This document shows, piece after piece, positions 9,751 through 17,621 of a stretch of DNA of 33,921 bases. The position numbers and the translations under genes are program-made. The notes under the pieces were generated by a model that was not told the origin of the DNA, ran no database searches, and saw only the letters and a program-made list of their open reading frames with translations. Source of the stretch: Agromyces sp. (GTDB taxonomy: Bacteria; Actinomycetota; Actinomycetes; Actinomycetales; Microbacteriaceae); the NCBI GenBank assembly GCA_031178025.1, contig JAPSJU010000001.1, positions 1-33,921 of the forward strand, written 5' to 3'. Each line of letters starts with the position of its first letter. Positions within the stretch are counted from its first letter, which is position 1.

Positions 9751-10563
9751 ATGATCGAGTTCCGAGGCGTCACCAAGCGATTCCCTGACGGTACGGTCGC
9801 GGTCGAAGGCGTCGACATCGTCATCCCGCCGCACACCACGACGGTGCTCGTGGGATCGTCGGGATCCGGCAAGACCACGCTGCTCAGGATGATCAACCGG
9901 ATGGTCGATCCGACCGCCGGCCAGGTGCTGATCGACGGCGTCGATGTCGCGACGCGCGAGCCCGTGGCGCTGCGCCGCAGCATCGGCTACGTGATGCAGG
10001 ACTCCGGCCTGCTGCCGCATCGCACCGTCATCGACAACGTGGCGACCGTGCCGCTCCTGCGCGGTACACGGCGGCGCGAGGCGTACGCGCGTGCCCTCGA
10101 GCTGCTCGAGACGGTCGGACTGGACCGTTCGCTCGGCGATCGCTACCCGAGCCAGCTCTCGGGCGGACAACGGCAGCGAGTGGGCGTGGCTCGCGGGCTC
10201 GCGGTCGATCCCAACATCCTGCTCATGGACGAGCCGTTCGGGGCGGTGGACCCGATCGTCCGATCCGAGCTCCAGCAGGAGTTGCTGCGGCTGCAGGGAG
10301 AGCTGGGCAAGACGGTCGTGTTCGTCACGCACGACGTCGACGAGGCGTTCCTGCTCGGTGACCAGGTCGTGATCATGCAGCAGGGCGGGAGGATCTCGCA
10401 GGCGGCCTCGCCTGCGGAGATCCTGGCCCGGCCGGCCGACTCGTTCGTGGCCGAGTTCGTGGGCGTCGATCGCGGGAAGCGGGCGCTCCACGTCACCGAG
10501 GTGGACGGCAGGCGGATCGTCGTCGACGCGGCCGGCCGGCCGGCGGGGGTCCTCGCGTCGTGA
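9751..10563 (+). CDS. Osmoprotectant-type (Opu/ProV/OsmV) ABC transporter ATP-binding protein
   Basis: MIEFRGVTKRF, Walker A GSSGSGKTT, LRRSIGYVMQ, RYPSQLSGGQRQRVGVARGLA, LLMDEPFGAVDP, FVTHD. Confidence 0.92.
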   Translation: MIEFRGVTKRFPDGTVAVEGVDIVIPPHTTTVLVGSSGSGKTTLLRMINRMVDPTAGQVLIDGVDVATREPVALRRSIGYVMQDSGLLPHRTVIDNVATVPLLRGTRRREAYARALELLETVGLDRSLGDRYPSQLSGGQRQRVGVARGLAVDPNILLMDEPFGAVDPIVRSELQQELLRLQGELGKTVVFVTHDVDEAFLLGDQVVIMQQGGRISQAASPAEILARPADSFVAEFVGVDRGKRALHVTEVDGRRIVVDAAGRPAGVLAS

Positions 10564-11249
10564 GCTGGTTCTGGGCGAATCTCGACCGGATCGGGGAGCT
10601 CATGCTCGTGCACCTGGCGTTGTCGGTGCCCGCGATCGTGCTCAGCTTCGTGCTCTCCGTTCCGCTCGGCTGGATCGCGCATCGCTACCGGTGGTCGCGC
10701 AGCGTGCTGCTGTCGATCTGCGCCCTGCTCTACGCGATCCCCTCGCTCGCCCTCTTCATCGCGTTGCCGGCGATCACCGGATTCGGGCTTCGATCGCCGG
10801 TCAACCTCGTGATCGCATTGACCCTCTACGGCATCGCCGTGATCGCGCGCACGGCCGCCGATGCATTCGACTCCGTCGAGCGCGACGTTCGCCAGTCGGC
10901 GACGGCGATGGGGTTCTCGGCGTCGGGGAGGTTCTGGAGCGTCGAGCTGCCGCTCGCGGGACCCGTGCTCCTCTCGGGACTCCGTGTGGTGATCGTCAGC
11001 ACGGTCAGCCTGGCGACGGTCGGCGCGGTCATCGGCGTGCAGGGCCTCGGCAGCCTCTTCACCGATGGCTTCCAGCGCGGCATCCAGGCGGAGATCGTCA
11101 CCGGCATCGTCGCGACGATCGTCCTCGCACTCGTACTCGACTGGATCGCCGTCATGATCGGCCGACTCGTCATGCCGTGGTCGAGACCGCGCATCGCGCG
11201 AAAGCGTCCGAACCCGGGGGAGTCGGCGAGCCGGGCGGAGGCCGCATGA
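10560..11249 (+). CDS. Osmoprotectant-type ABC transporter permease
   Basis: Hydrophobic; LYAIPSLALF, EAA-like loop SATAMGFS...VELPLAGP, GLGSLFTDG. GTGA overlap with the upstream stop. Confidence 0.9.
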   Translation: MSWFWANLDRIGELMLVHLALSVPAIVLSFVLSVPLGWIAHRYRWSRSVLLSICALLYAIPSLALFIALPAITGFGLRSPVNLVIALTLYGIAVIARTAADAFDSVERDVRQSATAMGFSASGRFWSVELPLAGPVLLSGLRVVIVSTVSLATVGAVIGVQGLGSLFTDGFQRGIQAEIVTGIVATIVLALVLDWIAVMIGRLVMPWSRPRIARKRPNPGESASRAEAA

Positions 11250-11989
11250 ACGTCATCCTCGACGGCATCGCGTGGATCCTCGACCCCGTGCACTGGAGCG
11301 GCGCCGTGAGCATCCCGCAGCGGCTCTGGGAGCACATCCGGGTCTCAGCGGCGGTGCTGGCGATCGCCTCGGCGATCGCGCTCCCGCTCGGCGCCCTCAT
11401 CGGGCACACCGGTCGCGGCCGGGAGCTCGCGGTCATGGTGTCCGGCGGACTCCGTGCGCTGCCCACACTCGGCGTGCTGACGCTCTTCGGCATCTGGATC
11501 GGCATCGGGCTCGCCGCGCCGGTCATCTCCCTCGTGATCCTCGCGATCCCGCCGCTGCTCGCCGGTGCATACGCGGGATTCGAATCCGTGGATCGGCGCA
11601 CGATCGACGCGGCCCGTGCGATGGGCATGCGCGAAGCGCAGATCGTCGCGAAGGTCGAGGCTCCGCTCGGCATGCCGCTCATCGTCGGCGGCATCCGTTC
11701 GGCGACGCTGCAGATCATCGCGACGGCGACCCTGGCCGCCTACATCGCCGACGACGGTCTCGGCCGCTTCATCTTCGAAGGACTCAAGACACGGGATTAT
11801 CCGGAGATGCTCGGCGGTTCCATCTTGGTGATCGCCCTCGCGCTCGTCGTCGACGGGTGCTTCGCGATCGCGCAACGGCTCGTGGTGCCCGCTGGAGTGC
11901 GGGCAACTCGGAGCCGAGAACACCGCACAGGGCCGGTCCGGCTCCGAGCGGACATGGGGCAACCCGTCACCGAAGGGAATCACAGATGA
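11246..11989 (+). CDS. Osmoprotectant-type ABC transporter permease (second)
   Basis: ATG 11246 in an ATGA overlap; LRALPTLGVL, ILAIPPLLAGAYAG, IDAARAMGM...VEAPLG, GGIRSATLQIIATATLAAY, GLGRFI. Confidence 0.9.
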   Translation: MNVILDGIAWILDPVHWSGAVSIPQRLWEHIRVSAAVLAIASAIALPLGALIGHTGRGRELAVMVSGGLRALPTLGVLTLFGIWIGIGLAAPVISLVILAIPPLLAGAYAGFESVDRRTIDAARAMGMREAQIVAKVEAPLGMPLIVGGIRSATLQIIATATLAAYIADDGLGRFIFEGLKTRDYPEMLGGSILVIALALVVDGCFAIAQRLVVPAGVRATRSREHRTGPVRLRADMGQPVTEGNHR

Positions 11990-12915
11990 CCACAGCAGGC
12001 AGAGGCCGGCTCCTTGCGATCGCCGCGGTCGCGGTCGGGGCGACCGTCGCCCTGGCAGGGTGCGCGTCCGGCGATCCGCTCGACAACGGGTCGGGCGGCG
12101 AGGGGGACGCATCCTCCGAGACGCTCGTGATCGGCTCCCAGGACTACTACTCGAACGAGATCATCGCCGAGCTGTACGCCCAGGCCCTCGAGGAGAACGG
12201 GTACACGGTCGAGCGCGAGTTCCGCATCGGCCAGCGTGAGGTGTACATCCCGGAGATCGAGAGCGGCGAGATCGACGTGTTCCCCGAGTACACGGGGAAT
12301 CTCCTGCAGTTCTACGTGCCCGAGACGACCGCCACGACGAGCGACGACGTGTACGCCGAGCTCCAGACGTCGCTGCCCGACGGCCTCCGGGTGCTCGAGC
12401 AGTCGCCCGCCACCGACCAGGACTCGTACAACGTGACGCGCGCCTTCTCCGAGGAGAACGGGGTCACGAGCCTCGCCGACCTGCGGGACGTGACGACGCC
12501 GCTCACGCTCGGCGGCAACTCCGAACTCGCGACGCGGCCGTACGGACCGGAGGGGTTGAAGGCGGTCTACGGCGTGGAGGTGGCGTTCACGCCCATCGAG
12601 GACAGCGGCGGACCCCTGACGCTGAAGGCCCTCCTCGACGACCAGGTGCAGCTCGTCAACATCTACAGCGCCGACCCCAAGATCGAGGCGAACGACCTCG
12701 TGACGCTCGAGGATCCCGAGGGGCTGTTCCTGGCGTCGAACGTCGTTCCCGTGGTCAGCGAGAAGGTGACCGACGAGATCGCCGAGATCATCGACACGGT
12801 CTCCTCGGCGCTCACCGCCGAGGACCTCGTCGCGCTCAACTCGCTGAGCGTCGATGAGGAGCAGTCGGCCGACCAGATCGCGAGCGACTGGCTCGCTGAG
12901 AAGGCGCTCTTCTAA
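11986..12915 (+). CDS. Glycine betaine/osmoprotectant-type ABC substrate-binding lipoprotein
   Basis: ATG 11986 in an ATGA overlap; signal peptide with lipobox ALAGC; IGSQDYYSNEIIAELYAQALE, IDVFPEYTGNLL, LEDPEGLF. Confidence 0.9.
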   Translation: MTTAGRGRLLAIAAVAVGATVALAGCASGDPLDNGSGGEGDASSETLVIGSQDYYSNEIIAELYAQALEENGYTVEREFRIGQREVYIPEIESGEIDVFPEYTGNLLQFYVPETTATTSDDVYAELQTSLPDGLRVLEQSPATDQDSYNVTRAFSEENGVTSLADLRDVTTPLTLGGNSELATRPYGPEGLKAVYGVEVAFTPIEDSGGPLTLKALLDDQVQLVNIYSADPKIEANDLVTLEDPEGLFLASNVVPVVSEKVTDEIAEIIDTVSSALTAEDLVALNSLSVDEEQSADQIASDWLAEKALF

Positions 12916-13673
12916 CGGTCCCGATCGGGATCCGAAGGGTCGGGCGCCGGCGCGCCCGGCCCTTCGGCGTCTCGCGGATCGAGTGCCACCGCTGCGGGAC
13001 CGGTCGGGGAGGTCGTCACCTCCGCAGCCGGATCGACGTCGGCGAGGTGGCGGGCCTCGGCCCGCACGAGGAGCCGCTTCGTTCCCCAGACGAGCAGCAG
13101 GAACACGACGATGACGCCGACGAAGAGATACCCGGCCCAGTGCAGCTCCCGGCTCAGCTCGCGATACCCTCCGGCCGCGAGCGAGCCCACCGTCACGTAC
13201 GCGAACGCCCAGATGACGCACGCCGGCGCCGTCCAGGCGATGAAGCGTCGATATCGCATGGTGCTCATCCCGACCGTCAGCGGAATGAGCGAGTGGAGCA
13301 CGGGCAGGAACCTCGAGATGAAGATCGCCGGCCCTCCGCGGCGGTCGAGGTAGCGCTGCGCGCGCGACCAGTTCCGTTCGCCGATCCGTCGACCGAGCCG
13401 GGAGTGCTGGATGTGCGGACCGAACCAGCGACCGAGGGCGAAGCCGATGCTCTCGCCGATGAGCGCACCGACGACGGCCGTGATCGCCAGCGCGAAGTAC
13501 TCGACGACGCCGTCGACGGCCGTCGAGGAGACGAGCACGACCGTGTCGCCTGGCACGATGAGGCCGATCAGCACCGAGGTCTCGAGCATGATGGCGAGCC
13601 CCGCGAGCAGCGTGCGGGCGATGGGGTCCACGCCCTGCACGGTGTCGAGGATCCAGTCGAGCAGCTCGTTCAC
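12912..13673 (-). CDS. dedA: DedA-family membrane protein
   Basis: LETSVLIGLIVPGDTVV, GALIGESIGFALGR, GGPAIFISRFLPVL, VGMSTMRYRRF. Confidence 0.9.
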   Translation of the reverse strand: MNELLDWILDTVQGVDPIARTLLAGLAIMLETSVLIGLIVPGDTVVLVSSTAVDGVVEYFALAITAVVGALIGESIGFALGRWFGPHIQHSRLGRRIGERNWSRAQRYLDRRGGPAIFISRFLPVLHSLIPLTVGMSTMRYRRFIAWTAPACVIWAFAYVTVGSLAAGGYRELSRELHWAGYLFVGVIVVFLLLVWGTKRLLVRAEARHLADVDPAAEVTTSPTGPAAVALDPRDAEGPGAPAPDPSDPDRDR

Positions 13674-13679
13674 ACTCCG

Positions 13680-13685
13680 AGCGTA
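13680..13685 (-). promoter_or_regulatory. Putative -10 (TACGCT), 6 nt before dedA GTG (leaderless)
   Basis: Minus strand reads TACGCT-CGGAGT-GTG. Confidence 0.55.
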
Positions 13686-13751
13686 GTCACGCCGTGGCCG
13701 GCGGACATGGGCCTCGGGGTGGAATCCGAGTCTCCCCTTAGGGGACGCGGG

Positions 13752-14702
13752 TCACCGCGGCACGATGCCGAGCATCGCGGCGTAGGCGAGCACGGGCACC
13801 GCGATGAGCGCCGCGGCCGCCGAGAGCACCGCCACCCGGGCCGAGCGCGGCAGCGACGCATCGACCGTGTCGCCCCCGCCCAGTCGGGTCATCCGCGCCG
13901 TGAGCATCGCGGCGTCGGACGCGGCCGAGGCGGGCGCGTCGGGGTAGGCGCCGGATTCGCCGGCATCGCCGACCCGCTCGATCGCTCGGGCGAGTGCCGG
14001 AGATCCCACGGCGCGGCGGGCGCCGTCGTCCGCGAGCATCTCGGTGAGCGTGATGACGGCGCGCTCGGCGCGGTTGGCGATCGGGAACCACGGGATCGCG
14101 CTGTGCCAGGCCCGGAATGCGAGCCGCACGAGCTGGTGCAACTGCTCGAGGTGCGTACGCTCGTGGGCGATCACGGCGTCGAGCTCGTCGGGTTCCAGTG
14201 CGCGCACCAGCCCATCGGTGAGCACGGTCGCCGTGCGGAATCCGGGCACGCAGTAGGCGAGGGGGACGGGATGGGCGAGCACCCTCGTACGCGGGTCACC
14301 CGGCAGCGGATCGCTGAGCAGGTCGACCAGCTGGTGCTGCCGTCGCCGTTCGCGCTCGGCTCGGACGGCGGTGAGCGCGAGGTTCAGCATGAGGAGCACG
14401 GCCACCGCGGCGGCGAGCGTCAGCGAGGCGATGTGCAGCACGCCGTAGCCGGCCGGGATGGGGCCGGATGCGAGCGCCGGGGCCAGCTCGGCCAGCGCCA
14501 TCGGAAGGCTGGGGGCGGGGGCAGCGCCGAGGGCCAGGAGGCAGCCGATCATCGAGAGGCCCCCGGCCAGCGCGATCGCCTCCCAGAGTGCGAGCGCGAC
14601 GGCCGGTGCCCGTGAGGGCCACGCCGCCCGGGCGAGCGCGACGGGCACCGGCCAGGCCAGGGCGAGCGCGAGGGCGCCGAGCACCGCCGCCAGCGTGAGC
14701 AC
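13752..14702 (-). CDS. M56/M48-family membrane zinc metallopeptidase (BlaR-like, no penicillin-binding domain)
   Basis: N-terminal TM helices, AYCVPG, ELDAVIAHERTHL (HExxH), EMLADDGA. It lies 2 nt downstream of a BlaI-family gene. Confidence 0.88.
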   Translation of the reverse strand: MLTLAAVLGALALALAWPVPVALARAAWPSRAPAVALALWEAIALAGGLSMIGCLLALGAAPAPSLPMALAELAPALASGPIPAGYGVLHIASLTLAAAVAVLLMLNLALTAVRAERERRRQHQLVDLLSDPLPGDPRTRVLAHPVPLAYCVPGFRTATVLTDGLVRALEPDELDAVIAHERTHLEQLHQLVRLAFRAWHSAIPWFPIANRAERAVITLTEMLADDGARRAVGSPALARAIERVGDAGESGAYPDAPASAASDAAMLTARMTRLGGGDTVDASLPRSARVAVLSAAAALIAVPVLAYAAMLGIVPR

Positions 14703-14704
14703 GG

Positions 14705-15082
14705 TCAGCCGCGCGTGAGCTCGTCGAGGAGCCGGCGCAGCGTCGCGGCCTCGCCCGCCGTCGCGGTGCCGACGAAGCGGGCGAGTGCGGCGTCACGATC
14801 GCTGGCTCGATCGAGCACTTCGTGCATGAGCTCAGCGGTGTGCTCCTCGCGGCTGAGGAGGGCGCGGTATCGGTGCGGTCGGACGTCGCGAGAGCGCGCC
14901 ACGAATCCCTTGCGTTCGAGACGCGAGAGCACGGTCAGCACCGTCGTGGTCGCCACGGCGCGTTCGCGATCGGCCGCGTCTCGGAGGCCGAGCGCATCGC
15001 GCAGTTCGTTCGCGGTGAGTGCCGCGTCGGTCGCCCACAGCTGCTCCATCACGGAGCGCTCGAGTTCACCGAGGTTCGCCAT
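14705..15082 (-). CDS. BlaI/MecI/CopY-family transcriptional repressor
   Basis: LGELERSVMEQLW, TTTVLTVLSRLERKGFVAR, HRYRALLSREEHTAELM, ALARFV. Confidence 0.92.
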   Translation of the reverse strand: MANLGELERSVMEQLWATDAALTANELRDALGLRDAADRERAVATTTVLTVLSRLERKGFVARSRDVRPHRYRALLSREEHTAELMHEVLDRASDRDAALARFVGTATAGEAATLRRLLDELTRG

Positions 15083-15088
15083 ACGACC

Positions 15089-15094
15089 AGAGTA
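15089..15094 (-). promoter_or_regulatory. Putative -10 (TACTCT), 6 nt before blaI ATG (leaderless)
   Basis: Minus strand reads TACTCT-GGTCGT-ATG; the inferred -35 region falls on operator 1. Confidence 0.6.
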
Positions 15095-15112
15095 CCGCGA
15101 TCGGTGCTGATG

Positions 15113-15129
15113 TTCTACACTGTGTAGAA
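15113..15129. promoter_or_regulatory. Palindromic operator 1 (TTCTACAC-T-GTGTAGAA), probable BlaI site
   Basis: Perfect 8-1-8 inverted repeat with a TACA/TGTA core, in the divergent blaI-cydA gap. Confidence 0.8.
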
Positions 15130-15134
15130 AGACG

Positions 15135-15151
15135 TTCTACGCCGTGTAGAA
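15135..15151. promoter_or_regulatory. Palindromic operator 2 (TTCTACGCCGTGTAGAA), probable BlaI site
   Basis: 15/17 identical to operator 1 and offset by 22 bp. Confidence 0.75.
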
Positions 15152-15188
15152 AACGCCGCATCACCGCACCGGCGTGAAAGGGGCATCC

Positions 15189-16601
15189 GTGAACGACCTG
15201 CTCGACCCGCTGCTGCTCGCACGGTGGCAGTTCGGACTCACGACGATCTACCACTTCCTCTTCGTCCCGTTGACGATCGGTCTCGCGACGACGACGGCGG
15301 TCTTCCAGACCGCGTGGCACCGCACGGGGAAGGCCGAGTACCTGCGGATCACGCGGTTCTTCGGGGGCATCTTCCTCATCAACTTCGCAATGGGCGTCGT
15401 CACCGGCATCGTGCAGGAGTTCCAGTTCGGCATGAACTGGTCGGAGTACTCCCGCTTCGTCGGGGACGTGTTCGGCGCACCGCTCGCGATGGAGGGCCTG
15501 CTCGCGTTCTTCTTCGAGGCCACCTTCATCGGCCTGTGGATCTTCGGCTGGGACAAGCTCCCACGCCGGATCCACCTCGCGACGATCTGGGCGACCGCGA
15601 TCGGCTCGATCTGCTCGGCGTACTTCATCATCGCGGCGAACTCGTTCATGCAGAACCCCGTCGGCTACGAGATCGACGCCGAGAAGGGACGTGCGGAGCT
15701 CGTCGACGTGTGGGCGCTGCTCACGAACCCCGTCGCCCTCGCGGCGTTCCCGCATACGATCGCCGCGAGCTTCATGGTCACCGCCGGGCTCGTCATCAGC
15801 GCCGCGGCGTGGCATCTCTCCCGTCGTCAGCACGTCGAGACGATGCGCCCGGCACTCACGTTCGGTCTCTGGGTCATGGTCGTCGCCGGCGCGCTGACGA
15901 CGGTGTTCGGCGATCAGCTGAGCCTTGCCATGGTCGCGACGCAACCGATGAAGATGGCCGCCGCCGAGGCCACCTACGAGACGGTCTGCGGTGCGGATGC
16001 CTCGTTCTCGCTCTTCACCCTCGGCACGCCGGACGGATCGGCGGAGCTGTTCTCGATCCGCGTGCCCTATCTGCTCTCGTTCCTCTCGACGCACACCTTC
16101 GACGGGTGCGTGGAGGGGATCAACGACCTCCAGGCCGAGTACCAGGACGTGTTCGGGCCCGGCGACTACACGCCGATCATCTGGATCACGTACTGGGCGT
16201 TCCGCTGGATGATCGGGCTGGGCCTCGCCCATGTCGCGGTCGCCGCGATCGGACTCTGGCTCACGCGAAAGGGCCGGATGCCCGAGAAGGCCTGGATGTG
16301 GCGCATCGCGGTGTGCAGCTTCCCGCTCTCGCTGGCAGCCATGATCGTCGGCTGGATCTTCACCGAGATGGGCAGGCAGCCGTGGATCGTGTTCAGCCTG
16401 CTGCCGACCGAGTCGGCGGTGTCGCCCAACGTCACCGGCCTCGATGTGCTCATCTCGCTCGTCGCCTTCACGCTCGTCTACGGCACGCTCGCCGTCGTCG
16501 AGGTCAGGCTCGTGCTCCGGGCGATCCGGAACGGCCCACCCGAGGTGGGGGAGCCGGATCCCGAGAGCGGCCGGGTGGAACCGGCCACGACGGTGTACTA
16601 G
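15189..16601 (+). CDS. cydA: Cytochrome bd ubiquinol/menaquinol oxidase subunit I
   Basis: LARWQFGLTTIYHFLFVP, GVVTGIVQEFQFGMNW, ANSFMQNP, FPHT, QPMKMAAAE, FRWMIG, TEMGRQPW. GTG 15189 follows GAAAGGGG. Confidence 0.97.
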   Translation: MNDLLDPLLLARWQFGLTTIYHFLFVPLTIGLATTTAVFQTAWHRTGKAEYLRITRFFGGIFLINFAMGVVTGIVQEFQFGMNWSEYSRFVGDVFGAPLAMEGLLAFFFEATFIGLWIFGWDKLPRRIHLATIWATAIGSICSAYFIIAANSFMQNPVGYEIDAEKGRAELVDVWALLTNPVALAAFPHTIAASFMVTAGLVISAAAWHLSRRQHVETMRPALTFGLWVMVVAGALTTVFGDQLSLAMVATQPMKMAAAEATYETVCGADASFSLFTLGTPDGSAELFSIRVPYLLSFLSTHTFDGCVEGINDLQAEYQDVFGPGDYTPIIWITYWAFRWMIGLGLAHVAVAAIGLWLTRKGRMPEKAWMWRIAVCSFPLSLAAMIVGWIFTEMGRQPWIVFSLLPTESAVSPNVTGLDVLISLVAFTLVYGTLAVVEVRLVLRAIRNGPPEVGEPDPESGRVEPATTVY

Positions 16602-16614
16602 GAGGAACGGAATC

Positions 16615-17619
16615 ATGGAACTCCCGACGCTCTGGTTCGGCATCGTCGCGTTGCTCTTCGTCGGCTACTTCGTGCTCGACGGCTTCGACTTCGGAGTGGG
16701 GATGTCGTTGCCGTTCCTCGGTCGCGACGACACCGACCGACGCGTGCTCATCAACACCATCGGGCCGGTCTGGGACCTCAACGAGACCTGGGTCATCGTG
16801 GCCGCCGCATCCCTGTTCGCCGCGTTCCCCGAGTGGTATGCCACCCTCTTCTCCGGGTTCTATCTCCTGCTGCTTCTCATCCTCCTGGCGCTCATCGGCC
16901 GCGGCGTGTCGTTCGAGTACCGTCACCAGCGACCCCAGTCGCAGTGGAAGCGGTGGTTCGACGGCATGATCGTCGTCGGTTCGGCGGTGCCCGCGCTGCT
17001 CTGGGGTGTCGTGTTCGCCAACATCGTGCAGGGCGTGTCCCTCGATTCGGGGCACAACTACACCGGCACGTTGGCGGACCTGCTGAATCCGTATGCGCTC
17101 GTCGGCGGCCTCACCACGCTGCTCCTGTTCTTCACCCACGGAGTGGTCTTCGTCTCGCTGAAGACCGAGGGTGCGCTCCGGCACCGCGCGCGGCGGCTCG
17201 CCGCCCGCTCGGGCACGATCACGATCGCCGTCGCGGCCGTCTTCCTGCTCTGGACGGGACTCGCCTTCGGCACGCTCCCGTTCTGGATCCTCGCGGCGGT
17301 CGCCGCGCTCGCGCTCGGCGCAGGCTGGCTCGCCAATGCACGAGGCGCCGAGGGCATCGCCTTCACGATGCTCGCCGTGGCGGTCGCCGCGGCGGTGCTG
17401 GCGCTCTTCGCGTCGCTGTTCCCCGAGGTGATGCCGGCGTCGAACGACCCGGCGAACGGTCTCACGATCGAGAACGCCTCGAGCTCCGACTACACGCTGA
17501 CCGTGATGACCTGGCTCGCCGTGTTCGCGTTGCCCCTCGTGCTCGCCTCTCAGGGCTGGACCTACTGGGTCTTCCGCAGACGCGTCACTCGCGCCTCGGT
17601 CGAGTCGGCCGCGCACTGA
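16615..17619 (+). CDS. cydB: Cytochrome bd oxidase subunit II
   Basis: GYFVLDGFDFGVG, INTIGPVWDLNETW, FAAFPEWYATLFSGFY, RGVSFEYR. ATG 16615 follows AGGAGG. Confidence 0.97.
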   Translation: MELPTLWFGIVALLFVGYFVLDGFDFGVGMSLPFLGRDDTDRRVLINTIGPVWDLNETWVIVAAASLFAAFPEWYATLFSGFYLLLLLILLALIGRGVSFEYRHQRPQSQWKRWFDGMIVVGSAVPALLWGVVFANIVQGVSLDSGHNYTGTLADLLNPYALVGGLTTLLLFFTHGVVFVSLKTEGALRHRARRLAARSGTITIAVAAVFLLWTGLAFGTLPFWILAAVAALALGAGWLANARGAEGIAFTMLAVAVAAAVLALFASLFPEVMPASNDPANGLTIENASSSDYTLTVMTWLAVFALPLVLASQGWTYWVFRRRVTRASVESAAH

Positions 17620-17621
17620 GC

